DNA of 64,000 nucleotides from Octopus bimaculoides (Eukaryota). A program made the position numbers and the translations under genes. Of this stretch, positions 1 through 13,716 are shown piece after piece. The stretch covers positions 4,005,170 through 4,069,169 of the forward strand of contig NC_068994.1 in NCBI RefSeq assembly GCF_001194135.2, read 5' to 3'. The notes beneath the pieces are model-generated. The model had not been told where the DNA came from, did not search any database, and saw only the letters and a program-made list of their open reading frames with translations. Every line of letters begins with the position of its first letter. Within the stretch, counting starts at the first letter, position 1.

Positions 1-485
1 GTGGTGGTGGGAATCTGCTCAGTCAGGATTGACCTGGGTGTCAACAAAACAACAACACCAACAACAACATCAATCATCATCATCATCATTGATATAGTTA
101 CAATGACCACCAATCACAACCACAACAATCAACAGCATCATCACCATCATCATCATCTGCAACATCACTGTCACCACCACCACCATCACCATGGTTACCA
201 TCACAACCACAACCACCACCATCAGCATCATCATCATCATCATCACAATCACTAGCATCAACATCACCATATAATCATCACCACCACCATCACAATGATC
301 TTCTTCCTCCTCCTCCTCCTCCTCATCATCATCATCGTCATCATCGGCATCAAATTCAACAACAGCAACCATAACATCCCCATTATTATCGTCATTGTTG
401 CCACCACCACCATCATCATCATCATCTCAGCATCATCAATAGCAAAATTACTACCAACATCATCATCATCATCATCACTACTAGA

Positions 486-516
<31 letters not shown>

Positions 517-999
517 TCAAAGTTATTGTCATCCTCCTCCTCCTCCTCCTCCTCATCATCATCATCATCATCATCGTCATCACCATCACTATCTTTCCAA
601 TAATCACCACTAATAACAATCAGTCTCTCTGTCGCCACCGTCACCATCACAACCGTTATCACAGACATCATTGCTTCCATCTCCCCACCATTGTCCTTAC
701 CCCCACCACCACCACCATCACCACCATAATCAATAACGACAACAACAACACCAGCATCACCATGGCCACTATCTCCATCAGTTACCCCCTCTCCTCCCCC
801 CTTTCGCCATCGCCCTCATCACCACGACGACGACTACAACTACCATTATCAGCATTGTGCTGTCACTGCCACCACCACCACCACCACCACTACTACTACT
901 ACTATCACCAACACTACCACCATTACTATTCCTGTGTAATCACTATTAGGTGTATCAATGCTGTCGCCACCACCTATACTACTACTACTGCTGCTACTT

Positions 1000-1036
<37 letters not shown>

Positions 1037-2306
1037 ATCGTTATTAGCAGAACTACCACCACCATCACCACCACTACTATTAACAATAACAAACAATGCT
1101 ATCCCCCTCCTCACCACCACCACCACCAGCATCACCATCATTACTGTCAGCGGCAGCAGCAGCAGCAAACATAATAAAGCATTGCTAGGTATTATCAAGG
1201 CCACTATCTCAAAGACCACCACCACCACCACCANNNNNNNNNNNNNNNNNNNNNNNNNNNNNNNNNNNNNNNNNNNNNNNNNNNNNNNNNNNNNNNNNNN
1301 NNNNNNNNNNNNNNNNNNNNNNNNNNNNNNNNNNNNNNNNNNNNNNNNNNNNNNNNNNNNNNNNNNNNNNNNNNNNNNNNNNNNNNNNNNNNNNNNNNNN
1401 NNNNNNNNNNNNNNNNNNNNNNNNNNNNNNNNNNNNNNNNNNNNNNNNNNNNNNNNNNNNNNNNNNNNNNNNNNNNNNNNNNNNNNNNNNNNNNNNNNNN
1501 NNNNNNNNNNNNNNNNNNNNNNNNNNNNNNNNNNNNNNNNNNNNNNNNNNNNNNNNNNNNNNNNNNNNNNNNNNNNNNNNNNNNNNNNNNNNNNNNNNNN
1601 NNNNNNNNAACACATCCATCACCACCACCACCACAACCACCACTATCAACACTACCACCACTACTGTAACTATAATTAGTGCCACAACCATCAATACCAC
1701 CACTACCACCATAAACACCTCTATCAACGCCACCACCACCACCATCATCATCATAATCATCATTAGCATCATCACCACCACCTCCACTACCACTGTCACT
1801 TCATCACCACCACCACCACCACCACCACTACTGTAACTATAATTAATGCCACAACCATCAACATCATCACAACCACCACCTCCACCACCATCACCCTCAC
1901 CACCACTGTCCCCATCAATACCATAACTACCATCATCATCATCATCATCATCATCGTCATCACCACCAACACCCAACCACCCACATCATCAACATGGTGA
2001 CCATCAAGTGGTACACTGTACATCATCATCATCGTCATTACCATCATCATCATCGTTATCATCATCACCACCAACACCCAACTACCTGCATCAACATCAA
2101 AGCCATCATCATCACCACCACCATCACCACTGCCATTGGCATCATTATAACTACTGTCACTCTAACCCACCGCCTTCATCATTGCCACCACCACCACCAC
2201 ACAAACCATTATCTCTACCAATACCACCACCATCATATCATCATCACCAGCGATCAGCCACACTTCCACCACTAGCACCACAACCATCACAACCAGTGAA
2301 TGATGA

Positions 2307-2340
<34 letters not shown>

Positions 2341-2625
2341 GGTAGTGGTGGTGGGGGCTGAATGGTTATAAGATGGCATTGAGATGGTCTTTACATGGTG
2401 ACTAGACCTGCTTGAAGTAGCAACGAAATCTCCCTCAAATCACATCCTACCCACCATCTCAGGGAAGGATTGACACGTTAAGCAGTGACTAAACCTCAGA
2501 ATGGATGGCCATGCACAGAAGATCGCTGATGATGTGTCTGTTTGCTTCAGAGCTGGTCTGGAGCTACACCACCACCACCACTACCACCACCACTACTGCT
2601 ACTACTACTACTACTACTACTATCA
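1..2625. repeat. Mosaic trinucleotide microsatellite field (CAT/CAC/ACT/CCT)n with one gap
   Basis: Near-continuous (CAT)n, (CAC)n and (TAC)n runs. The ORFs here are homopolymeric H/I/T/D/V strings. Confidence 0.95.
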
Positions 2626-2636
2626 CCAATACAATT

Positions 2637-2800
2637 CTTACCACATGGTTCCGGGTTCAGTCCCACTGCGCGGCACCTTGGGCAAGTATATTCTCCTATA
2701 ACCTTGGGCCAAACAAACCATTGTGAGTGGATTTGGTAGACGGAAACTGAGAGAAGCTCATCGTATATATATATATATATATATATATACATACACACAC
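2637..2800 (+). mobile_element. tRNA-derived SINE, family I (5' half)
   Basis: ccacatggttccgggttcagtcccactgcg..ccttgggcaagt..gatttggtagacggaaactga followed by (TA)n. The same motif recurs more than 15 times in the window. Confidence 0.85.
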
Positions 2801-3114
2801 ATTGTCAATATCCACATGGCTGCAGCCTGAAACATTTGCCCAATGTCTTAGAAATGCTTCCTGTGACAGACAAATGTTGTTAGCATCTAAGGAAAAGTTG
2901 GTTAAGATTTATGTCTTATCCGTCACACACCATAAAAACCAATGTTAAGCATTGGTTCTGAAGAGTCTCCTGAAGGTTTTTAGGGGAGATTTGCAAGGAC
3001 CCAAAAGTGTGAATTCTCAATCTCTTTGATTTCATGGCACACTGGAAGAAGACAAAAAAATTACCAACTCACTTTCTATGGAAACAGTTTTGTTTTAAAT
3101 ATAAGTATTTACTT

Positions 3115-3290
3115 TCCTGTAACTTAGTGGTTCAGCCAAAGAGACTGATGGAATAAGTATGAGGCTTGACAAAAAAAAAAAAAAAATGAAAATCAAGTCC
3201 TGGAATCAATTTATCTGACCAAAATTTTTCAAGGTAATACTCCAGCATGGCCACAGACAAATGGCTGAAACAAGCAAAAGATAAAAGAGA
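3115..3290 (+). mobile_element. SINE family I, 3' tail
   Basis: gtaacttagtggttcagccaaagagac..gaataagta..ctccagcatggccacag..tgaaacaagcaaaagataaaaga matches the 3' end of the full copies, e.g. 30080-30240. Confidence 0.75.
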
Positions 3291-3634
3291 AGATAAAACT
3301 CTGACTTACCTTGCTTCATAAACCACATTCTTGTAAAACAAAGTTATGACATTTCTTAAGTTATGACATGTCTTAAAAGACAGTCAGTCATTAATAAGTC
3401 TTTAGTAATAATTGGAAATTATATTGGTAAAAATCTGTGATAAGCCAGGATATCTCTTGTGGTGTGCAAGTGTGCCATAGGCGTTGGGAACTGTCTGTAA
3501 ACAACTTCTCAAGAGAACTGGAAGAGTCCATTGTCAAAATTATTAGAGGGTGTAACAGTTCCAGAGGTTTGGGTCCAGAGTTCAATTCCTACTAAGTCCA
3601 ATTTTGTTTTTCATTCCTTCCTGTAGTAGAGATA

Positions 3635-3925
3635 GGCATGGCTCTGTGGTGAGACGTTTGTTTCCTAACCACATGGTTCCAAGTTCAGTTCCACTGCCTG
3701 GAACCCAGGGCAAGTGTCTTCTACTAGAGTCATGGGCCAACCAAAGCCTTGATAGACAGAAACTGAGAGCAGCCTGTCATGTGTGTGTGTGTGTTTGTAT
3801 CTGTGCTGCTTCCCTAGTACTACTTGACAACCGGTGTTGCTACGTTTACATCCCTGTAACATAGCAGTTCAGCAAAACAGATCAACAGAATAAGTACCAG
3901 GCTTTAAAAAAAAGTCCAGGTGGGG
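3635..3925 (+). mobile_element. SINE family I
   Basis: Head ggcatggctctgtggt..gttcagttccactg..gggcaagtgtcttctact, central (GT)n, tail gaataagtaccaggc. Confidence 0.85.
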
Positions 3926-4217
3926 GTTTGTGTCTTTCTGTCTTTGTCTCTTTCTTTCTCTCAGAATTGTCAAAGTTGCACTGAGAGAGTGCCTTAAATC
4001 GGTCACTCACAGTGGCCCCTTTATGGCCCTCCCAAGGGAGAAAGAACTGATTTAGGATGTAGCCACATCTTCCATTTCCACTGAACACATTACATAAACT
4101 GGACACAAAGACACCTCAGAACAAGGTGGACGGTGACAGATCGATCTGTGTGGACCATCAGAGCAAGAAGTTTTGGTTCACATAAACACCCTGAGCAGTG
4201 GCAAGACATGGATTTTA

Positions 4218-4434
4218 AAACACCACACCATCCTGGGCCCGGTCTCACAACACCACACCATCCTGGGCCCGGTCTCACAACACCACACCATCCTGGGCCC
4301 TGTCTCACACNNNNNNNNNNNNNNNNNNNNNNNNNNNNNNNAAACACCACACCATCCTGGGCCCGGTCTCACAACACCACACCATCCTGGGCCCGGTCTC
4401 ACAACACCACACCATCCTGGGCCCTGTCTCACAC
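4218..4434. repeat. 30-bp minisatellite (aacaccacaccatcctgggcccggtctcac)n
   Basis: Three units lie on each side of the 4311-4341 gap. The two 93-bp blocks are identical. Confidence 0.9.
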
Positions 4435-4779
4435 CACCACCACCCCCATCTCTCAATATGCTACACACCACTCTTCCTTACTTTGGCATGCATATCACAG
4501 TGCAACTTATTACGTCGCACCCCTCCACATGTGACCACCCCAAAAGATATTACGCTACACCCACACTAGATCTCACAGAGCACCACTCACGCCACAACAT
4601 GTACTACAACACATCATGCCGAACCATACCACACACCACTGCCCACCAGTCCATCCTCGCCCTCTCCACCGTTTTCCCAATCAACTTATGTTCAATAGAG
4701 TTCGCTGTTTACTGTCGCTAGAAGCTAGTTTACTACCACTGTGGCTACAGCGACCATACTACCACCCTGCTGATACTAC

Positions 4780-5627
4780 AGCCAGTGCTACCACACTGTT
4801 GCCAACAACCACTACCACCAACACCGACAACAACAACCACAATGATGATGACAATGAGAAAAACCATTATCTTCACCACCACCACCACCACCACCACTAC
4901 CGCCACTACTACCTTCACCAACACACCACTATTGACATAACCATTGTAATAAATGTTATCATCATTGCAACCACCACCACCACCACCACCATCGCCANNN
5001 NNNNNNNNNNNNNNNNNNNNNNNNNNNNNNNNNNNNNNNNNNNNNNNNNNNNNNNNNNNNNNNNNNNNNNNNNNNCCCCACTCCCACCACCACCACCACC
5101 GCCACCACCCCACTCCCACCACCACCATCATACCTCATTACTAATAAACATCATCACCATCACTACCACTATCAGCATAATTGCCATAATCAGCACCGGC
5201 GCCATCGCCATCACTACTAATGACTACCATTAACTACCAACTACTACTATTACTACTACTATTACTACTAACTACTACTACTACTATCGCCACCACCACC
5301 ACCACCACCACCACCGTTTCTGCTGCTGTCATACATCATCCTGTTTCCCAACAGCAGCATCATCATCATTGTTATCGACATAACCATCTCTGCAACAACC
5401 ATCATCATCATCGTCGTCATCACTGCCACCATCAATCAGTATGACACTGCCACTACCACTAAACCACCACCACCACCACCACCACCACCACCCACTCCCA
5501 ATTTGTCATTTCCAATGGGTGATGTGAGGCAATGATGATGATGATGATGATGATGATGATGGTGGTGACTGAGATACCGAGTGGATGTGATGGTGGTGAT
5601 AGTGGTGGTTGTTGGTGAAGGTAGGAG

Positions 5628-5659
<32 letters not shown>

Positions 5660-6365
5660 TGATGATGCTGATGATGATGATGATGATGCTGATGATGCTG
5701 ATGTTGATGATGATAACCTAAATGATGCTAATATATGATAACAGGGATGAGTAAGGTTTGTGGTAACGATGATGATGATGATGGTGGTGGTGGTGGTGGT
5801 GGCAGTGATGAAGATGAGGGTGTTGATGATGATGATGATGGTGGTGGTGGTGGAGGTGGTGGTAGTGATGGAGATAACCAAACTGCTGTGCTGCTGCTGT
5901 TGGTAATGAAAATGATGGTGTTGTAGTCAATTATGATGATGAAGCTGATAAGAACGAGGATGATGAGGATGATGATAATGATGGGGTGGTAGTGGTGGTG
6001 ATGATTATGGTGGTGGTGCTGCTGAGAATGATTGATGATGGTGGTGGTGGTGGTGGTGGTGGTCATACTGCCAGTGACAGTGATAATATCAGCGTCTGAA
6101 CTATGACGACNNNNNNNNNNNNNNNNNNNNNNNNNNNNNNNNNNNNNNNNNNNNNNNNNNNNNNNNNNNNNNNNNNNNNNNNNNNNNNNNNNNNNNNNNN
6201 NNNNNNNNNNNNNNNNNNNNNNNNNNNNNNNNNNNNNNNNNNNNNNNNNNNNNNNNNNNNNNNCACTGCTACTCCTCCTCATCATCATCAGTACCCCCCC
6301 CCCACCTCCTCCTGCACATCATCATTAAGCTTCGCCCCCATCATCATCATCATCATCATCACCAC
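4780..6365. repeat. Trinucleotide microsatellite field, (CAC/CAT) then (GAT/GGT/GAC)
   Basis: Direct reading. Polarity switches near 5520. Confidence 0.9.
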
Positions 6366-7037
6366 CATCAACGTCGTATTTTATAAATTATTGATTACTG
6401 CGTGGAGGGGACAGTGCCCATGTCATATGCAGACCCTTCCAAGCTGTCACAGTCAATATGGTTGGTGTTTAGTTCAAACATCTGTGGTGCCATGAACCCT
6501 GGGTTCCAACCCTGGCAAAGTCAAGTTTGTCTTTCGCAAAAAATAATACCAATCTAATACTGGGGGGGCCAACGCTTGTCCCTTGTTTTTTACTCCCTGG
6601 ATTACACCTGTATCCTTCAAAAATTCCATGTTTCCCTAAATTCACCAACATTTCTCCAGATAAACTTATGCTCTCTTTCCTATTTTGACCCCTGTACTGT
6701 TCACTTTTCGATTTTCTTGTGATCACAGGTTCAAGAACAGGGAATCCATAGGGTGCAAACACAACTCCTAGAATTTTTAAGGGGAGATGAAAATGCTTTG
6801 GACATCCTCCTGAAAAACTTTCATCACCAAAACGAACGACCAGAGAAACATTTTGGAAAATGATTTGTTACATTACTTTTCCATTATTGAATTTATCTTG
6901 TCTGAGTGATGGACAAATAATAATAATAATAATAATAATAATTATTATTATTATTATTATTATTATATCATCATTATCATTATTATTATTATCATTATTG
7001 TCATTATTATTATTATTATTATTATTATATCATTATT

Positions 7038-7305
7038 TAAAGCCTGGTACTTATTTTATTGGTCTCTTTTGCCAAACCACTAAGTGACAGGGACATAAGC
7101 GCTTCAAAACTGGTTGGGGATAAACACACACACACACACACACACACAAAGCTTCTTTCAGTTTCCATCAACCAAAACCACTCACAAATCTTTGGTCAGC
7201 TCGAGTCTGTGGTAAAAAAATATTTTTGTCAAGGTGCCACAGAGTGGGACTGAACCCAAGAACCATGTGGTTGGAAAGCATACTGCTTACCACATGGCCA
7301 TGCCT
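7038..7305 (-). mobile_element. SINE family I
   Basis: Reverse complement of the family: cttctttcagtttccatc..agtgggactgaaccc..accatgtggttgg..cttaccacatggccatgcct. Confidence 0.85.
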
Positions 7306-10300
7306 GCTAACCGTTCCCCATCAAAACTGCTGGCCTGGTGCCTAAATCAGAAACCATTACCAAAGACAAGTGAGCTGGTAGAATCGTGAGCACAGCAGGC
7401 AAAGTGTTTAGTCCTGGGGTCGGTTGGTTCCACTATAACCCCTTCATCATGGCACCCCACCATGGTTGCAATACAATAAACAAAACAAGACGAAGGTTAA
7501 GAATATTGTTGGTCACATCTTATTCCTTGCGCTCAGTCCAGAATACATAAAAACTGATGATGTCCACACTTTTATTAGCATTTCCAATTTGCTTCTCCAC
7601 AGTGTCCGAGCCTTTACTTGGTGTTAATATTAAACCTGGTTAACAGTGATGTGATGCCAGTGTGAATTTGGACTTTTGTCTACATTAATTGTTTGGGGTG
7701 TCATTACAAATTAGGTGCAATATTTTTGTCTGTTGCCAACATTTGTGATTCAGTTGTGTATTTTTATTACAGATCTTAAATCAATATTGCAAAGAATTAA
7801 CCAGTTCTGCAATGGCTCATGCCAAAATGAAAAAAAAAAAACTGATTACTTTTGAAAAATTTCCGTCAAAAAAAAAAAAAAGAATGGAGGAATAATTATT
7901 TCTTCAAAATAAAAATGGTGTGTATCTTATAAATATTCAGCTGCAGTCTATAAAAAAAAAAATACTGAAATCTTGAATGCCAGTTTTTGACCAATTGCAA
8001 AGAATATAAGAAACTAAGAGGGACATTGTATTTAGACAAGCTAATAATATCTGAAACATATCCAAGATACAAACAGCAATGTATTTTTTGAAAGTCATGT
8101 GGTTGTGTTATGGTTTACATGTTGAATAATTAATAAAAGAAAGAATTATCTTCAATGAGGTTTATTGATAACGTTTTTAATATACATAATGTACAATTTG
8201 TTGTACACATGTTACGTGTGTAAATTAAGAAATAATGAATTGTCGAAAGATGAGAGCTGAAATGTCTCATACAAATGTAGGACATAGTCTCTGGTTACAA
8301 CAGGAATAATCTCTTAGAGAGAAAGTTGAAAGATGAAAATTATTTTATTAACCATGGATCTAAAGACACATAGCCTTTGGTGACAGTGAGAGAGTTCCCT
8401 TTAAAGAACTGAACTCTAGAGTTTTATAAGTCTACCAAAAGGTTCCAGAATGTCCCTTGAGATCTTTAGGTATGAACATTAAAAGACAACACTTAATATT
8501 GTTAACATACAGTTTAGCAGTTTTTAAAAAATGAAAGTAAATTGGTCATCACCCATCATTTTAAAGCTGGGTTTTGTCCCTATTAACGAGGGTGACCGGA
8601 TCTACCTCAGTACCATATCAACTGCCCTCACACCATTTTGACATCTTGCCTGGCTTTGGGCATCCTTCCTTCGCAAGCTAACCCTCCCAATCTATCGCAT
8701 TTTACTTTCACTTTCTTTCAGATAATTTACTTTCACTCTTTTATGACCATAAACTGTATGTTAATCGTATATATATATATATATATTTGATAAAACCAAT
8801 CACAATTATGCTGGGTTCGGTATGCTGGAACGGTGGGCCTTAGCTGCAATTTTTGAAATACTGATGATATTACTAGAAGATACTATACCAGCAGGAACTT
8901 GTGCACGCATTATAATGAGGGAATTCAGTTAATAAAATTAAAGGATTTCACCAGTTTTCTTTATATTCTCTTCTTGAAATTACGGGATCTACCGGTCGAT
9001 TTATTTCTATCTAAAAAAAGAAAAAAATAATAATAAACAACAAAAAACAAACGTAAACTGCACGTTAGCCGTCAATACAGGAACTGGTTAGCATTAGACT
9101 ATGATACNNNNNNNNNNNNNNNNNNNNNNNNNNNNNNNNNNNNNNNNNNNNNNNNNNNNNNNNNNNNNNNNNNNNNNNNNNNNNNNNNNNNNNNNNNNNN
9201 NNNNNNNNNNNNNNNNNNNNNNNNNNNNNNNNNNNNNNNNNNNNNNNNNNNNNNNNNNNNNNNNNNNNNNNNNNNNNNNNNNNNNNNNNNNNNNNNNNNN
9301 NNNNNNNNNNNNNNNNNNNNNNNNNNNNNNNNNNNNNNNNNNNNNNNNNNNNNNNNNNNNNNNNNNNNNNNNNNNNNNNNNNNNNNNNNNNNNNNNNNNN
9401 NNNNNNNNNNNNNNNNNNNNNNNNNNNNNNNNNNNNNNNNNNNNNNNNNNNNNNNNNNNNNNNNNNNNNNNNNNNNNNNNNNNNNNNNNNNNNNNNNNNN
9501 NNNNNNNNNNNNNNNNNNNNNNNNNNNNNNNNNNNNNNNNNNNNNNNNNNNNNNNNNNNNNNNNNNNNNNNNNNNNNNNNNNNNNNNNNNNNNNNNNNNN
9601 NNNNNNNNNNNNNNNNNNNNNNNNNNNNNNNNNNNNNNNNNNNNNNNNNNNNNNNNNNNNNNNNNNNNNNNNNNNNNNNNNNNNNNNNNNNNNNNNNNNN
9701 NNNNNNNNNNNNNNNNNNNNNNNNNNNNNNNNNNNNNNNNNNNNNNNNNNNNNNNNNNNGCGTGTATTGACTAAAGGAAATAGTTTAGTAATGGGGCGTA
9801 TGAAAACCTCGACGGAAAAAAGTGTCGAGGGCTTATTTTGTCAAAGTTTTTACAAGGCACTTTATCGCGTCGAACTTAAAATTTTTATCTCAGAACCATT
9901 AGACGAAACTTTACAACTTTGTTAACTTTTAAATTTCAGGCTCGGAGACTTGTCTATTCGAAACCCAAATCTGTCAGCTTACAACATCAGTTTTGTTGTT
10001 GAATAATATTTATTTATTTCTTTTAGCCGGAATAAATTAACGGCTGAGATTTTAATGTAAATTATATTAACACTGTGATAATCATTTGACAAGAACTGCA
10101 AGGCTCCCAGTTCACATTTAGCCATCCACTCGTGTACAACAGTGAATCAGAAATTTGAAGGTGCAAACTCTTCAGCTTTTATATTGGAGTAGAGTAACAA
10201 GTATATAGAATATATTCGACTAAGTGTGTGTGTGTATATATATATAATTACGGTAGGTGGTCATATTTTCTTTTATTTATAATATGAATTGCTGTTTAAT

Positions 10301-11341
10301 CTTCAGGCTTTCAGCACCGACTTCTGAAATAATTTGGTAGAGTTTTGGAGTAGATATACATAGGAAAAGAAAGTGGACATGTAATAAGTTAAAAAATAAT
10401 AAAATTGGCTGCTATTTCAAGCATGTCTATAGTCCATGTAGAAGCTTTCTTGATGCTCCACTGCTTAAATTTATTTACTATTGGCAGGGCCGGTCCCTGG
10501 AATTTTTAGAAGGGAGGGCACAAGGCCAGAAGGGAATACAATTCCAGGAGAAAAGGGCGTAATGACAGTATTTAGAAGGACGCACTTCTTTTCTTGAGGG
10601 TGGCACTTGCCCCTCAGCAGTCCCGGATAGGTGTGTCCTGCTTTGAACGTCTGGATTCTTAGCCGGGATTCGAAACCCAGTGTAGATTTTCCTATGAGTC
10701 TCTTCTTCTTGTTCTCGACATTTGCACTTAGGAATTTAGGAGAATCAATTGTCATGTTTCGATAAGTCCTATTGTTTCCTAGGGTTAAACCGGGTTCAGA
10801 CGAGATAAATGACGAAAAATCCTGTTTAGCCTGACTTAATTCAAGTAGGCAAATATAAATGGAGAATCCAAATTCAAATTTTTCTCATTCGCCTGGCTAG
10901 AGGATCACTTCACGCATGATATGTCACCGTGGGGCTTTACAACTCTCACCCTCTCTACTCCTCAACCCGAAAAGGTAAAGTCTATTGCTCTTTCTCTCGC
11001 CTTCTTCCGTCCGTCACAGTAGCATAGAGGAACCTAACTATTTACGAAATGGACTGCAGAACTGCAACTTATCTTTATACAACTCGAAGCAGTTGTTTTT
11101 TTAGGTTTGTCCCGTACGATGAGAAAATCTGGTTCGTTCAAACACTAAAATGTTCCGACTTTGGATGGCGGAAAAAACAAAACAAAAAAAAAAAAAATTC
11201 TGAAATCAGCAAGGAGTTCCAATCCTGCCGTGCGAACTCGTGAACATATTCATGCCAGCTCAGTCTAGACCTCGTCCTGCTTGTCTTTAACGGAGCTCTT
11301 GAAGGTATGTCTTGTCCATTGTGATAGCAATTGTGACTATC

Positions 11342-11708
11342 GGCATGGCTGTGTGGTTAGAGACGTTTGCTTACCACCCACATGGTTCCGGGTTCAGTCC
11401 CACTGCGTTGCACCTTGGGCAAGTGTCTTCTGTTATAGCCTTAGGCCGACCAAAGCCTTGGGAGTGGTTTTGGTAGACAGAAACTGAAAGAAGCCTGTTG
11501 TATGTGTGTTTTGCCCCCACCATCACCGCTTGACAACCAGTGCTTGTGTGTTTGCGTCTGTGTAACTTAACGGTTCGGCAAAAGAAACCAAGACAATAAG
11601 TACGAGGTTTCAAAAAAATAAGTACCGGGTGTCGATTCGTTCGACAAAAACTTAAAGCGATGCTCCAGCATGGCCGGAGTCTAATGACTGAAACAAGTTA
11701 AAGATAAG
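11342..11708 (+). mobile_element. SINE family I, full length
   Basis: Head, core (ccttgggcaagtgtcttc), (GT)n and tail (ctccagcatggcc..gactgaaacaag) are all present. Confidence 0.9.
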
Positions 11709-11800
11709 TCGCAAATAAGTATAAGTTTTGTAATTTAGACATTTTGCTTATTCCTGGGTTCAGAGATTAAGGGTGACTTATTCTCGGACCACTGGCATTG

Positions 11801-11913
11801 ATAAAGGTGTGATGGAAAGGATATTTGGCTGCTATTTGTAGCAGGTCTGCCTGCCATCCATTGTTAATGTCTGGGATGAAAGTATGACATAAAAACTGGC
11901 GATATTCTTAGCA
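11801..11913 (+). repeat. Left arm of a 113-bp inverted repeat (partner 13103-13215)
   Basis: Manual alignment to the reverse complement of 13103-13215 gives 104/113 identity with no indels. Confidence 0.9.
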
Positions 11914-13102
11914 GCACTTTTAAAGGGGTGGCACTTTTTGGTTTGCTGTAAGCAAAATGTATTTTTTTGTGGGGTCTGGAGGCGGCAAACGGAAGGGCCG
12001 CCTCGGATGGCACACACTCTAGCTATGCTAGTGTCTCAGACTTCTCGATATAACGATTATTATTCATAAAGTTTATGGTTTTTCAGCGTTATTCATAATA
12101 ATTCTTGATGTTTAAAATCTTATTGGAGAGAAAAGGATGTGGATTGCACACAAGTAAAATTAGGCTATGAAGGTTTTTCATACACGCGCTTTTATCTATA
12201 ATCTGAGGGTTGGGCATTCTTATAGAGGAATTTCTTTGGATGTTAAAAAAAATGTTGGATTTTTTGCGCTTGTTTTTTCCTTTTTTTTTTTTTTAATTAT
12301 TATTTATTCAGAATTGTAATCTACGATGTTAAAAACCTTCTCATTCGAAGGAATTCTAGTTTTTGACGCACTAGAAAATTTCTGAAAGGATGAAAGACAA
12401 AGTCGACTTCAGCGAAGTTTGAATGCAGAATGATCTGATCAATATAAGCAAATTTTTAGGGTTGTTCAATACCATTAACCACGAAAGAATGAAAGGCTTA
12501 AAAAATTTTTTTTTAATCAACTTCGGCGGGATTTGAACTCGGAACGTAAACAGTCAGAATAAATAGATAATACAGGCTTTATTGTATAAAATATAAGAGA
12601 CTGGATTTCAAAAGTGCTGGTGAGGACCGCGTAGCAAGTCAAATGTATTCCCACCTAGAATTTATTGTTCATATGACTAATGGCTTTAATACCATTCCCA
12701 ACCATTTCAATCGGTTTTTTTTTTCTCCTTTCTTTAATAATGATTGATGGCGATTTTTTTCATCTGTTCTTTTCATCTACCATTCTGTTTTTTCTGTCCC
12801 CCCCACCTCTTAGTTTTTATTCCGTTCAACACCATTCCTGACTTAACGATTTCACTGTAGATAGCTATAGCTATGAACCATACAATAAACGTGGCTGACT
12901 TTTCTCTGTGTGTGTCATAGATATTATATTATTACAAGTTATTATTGACGGTACTGTATTAATTTTACGATGGCCACTTTAGTTATTAGATCCACCAGGT
13001 ATTTTGTCATGTTCTTTCTCAGTTTCTGACAGCTCAATCTCGCTATTAATTCCAGTTCCTTTTGTCGCCAACATTGTAATTCTGTTGGCTTCATTGCAAC
13101 GT

Positions 13103-13215
13103 TGCTAAGAATATCGCCAGTTTTTATGTCATTCTGTCATCCCAGACGTTAACAACGGATGGCAGGCAGTCTTGCTAGAAATAGCAGCCAAATATCCTTT
13201 ATATCACACCTTTAT
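13103..13215 (-). repeat. Right arm of the 113-bp inverted repeat (partner 11801-11913)
   Basis: Reverse complement of 11801-11913, with 9 mismatches in 113 bp. Confidence 0.9.
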
Positions 13216-13364
13216 TGACTTTGACTTTAAAAGGAAATAAGCGTTGGTATTGTAGTCGGGCGTGTTCTTGATAAAATGAAAGAATACAATGGATTAGTCG
13301 CGACTGGATTGCCATATGATTATAGGGTCTGTTCAACAATTGTCATCTTGGATATCTGTTGTAT

Positions 13365-13675
13365 CGGTGGTTAACCTGGGTTCATTTGGCCCCTAGGGGA
13401 CCATGTAAAATTTTTTGGGGATCCACACAAGCAAAGTAGTAAAACTGGGGACTCACAGTATATAAAGGGTCCAGGAAAATAATTGAGAATAAACAGTTAG
13501 GTAATGTTTAACGTAATTCAACCTACACAAGTGAATGGGGGGAAAACGAAATGGGAATTTTGAAAGAAGTATCTATAAAACTAGTTTCTAAACATCGAAT
13601 GTCTCTGGGGGTCCACTGGAACGAAATAGCAATCAAAGGGGGTCCATAATTTTTTTAAATGGTTGAGAATCACTG
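13365..13675. mobile_element. hAT-type MITE
   Basis: Ends c(g)gtggtt..aacc and ggttgagaatcactg. The body is shared with 13717-14172 and 16653-16966. Confidence 0.7.
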
Positions 13676-13716
13676 AGCTGTCGTCATCAATAATATTAAC
13701 GAAGGAGCCTCTACAT

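Noticed and set aside
4218-4434. 30-bp repeat array as a CRISPR-like or functional array
   Set aside because: There are no spacers and the context is eukaryotic. The identical 93-bp blocks either side of the gap suggest an uncollapsed contig overlap.
1-6500. Many poly-H/T/D/V/I ORFs
   Set aside because: They are translations of trinucleotide microsatellites, open in several frames on both strands, with no domain.
7500-7615. Possible minus-strand exon (GLILTPSKGSDTVEKQIG...) and a donor at 3304-3310
   Set aside because: No recognisable protein similarity, and I could not assemble a consistent exon chain.
10485-10650. cagggccgg... possible hAT MITE
   Set aside because: The right end matches poorly and there is no TSD.
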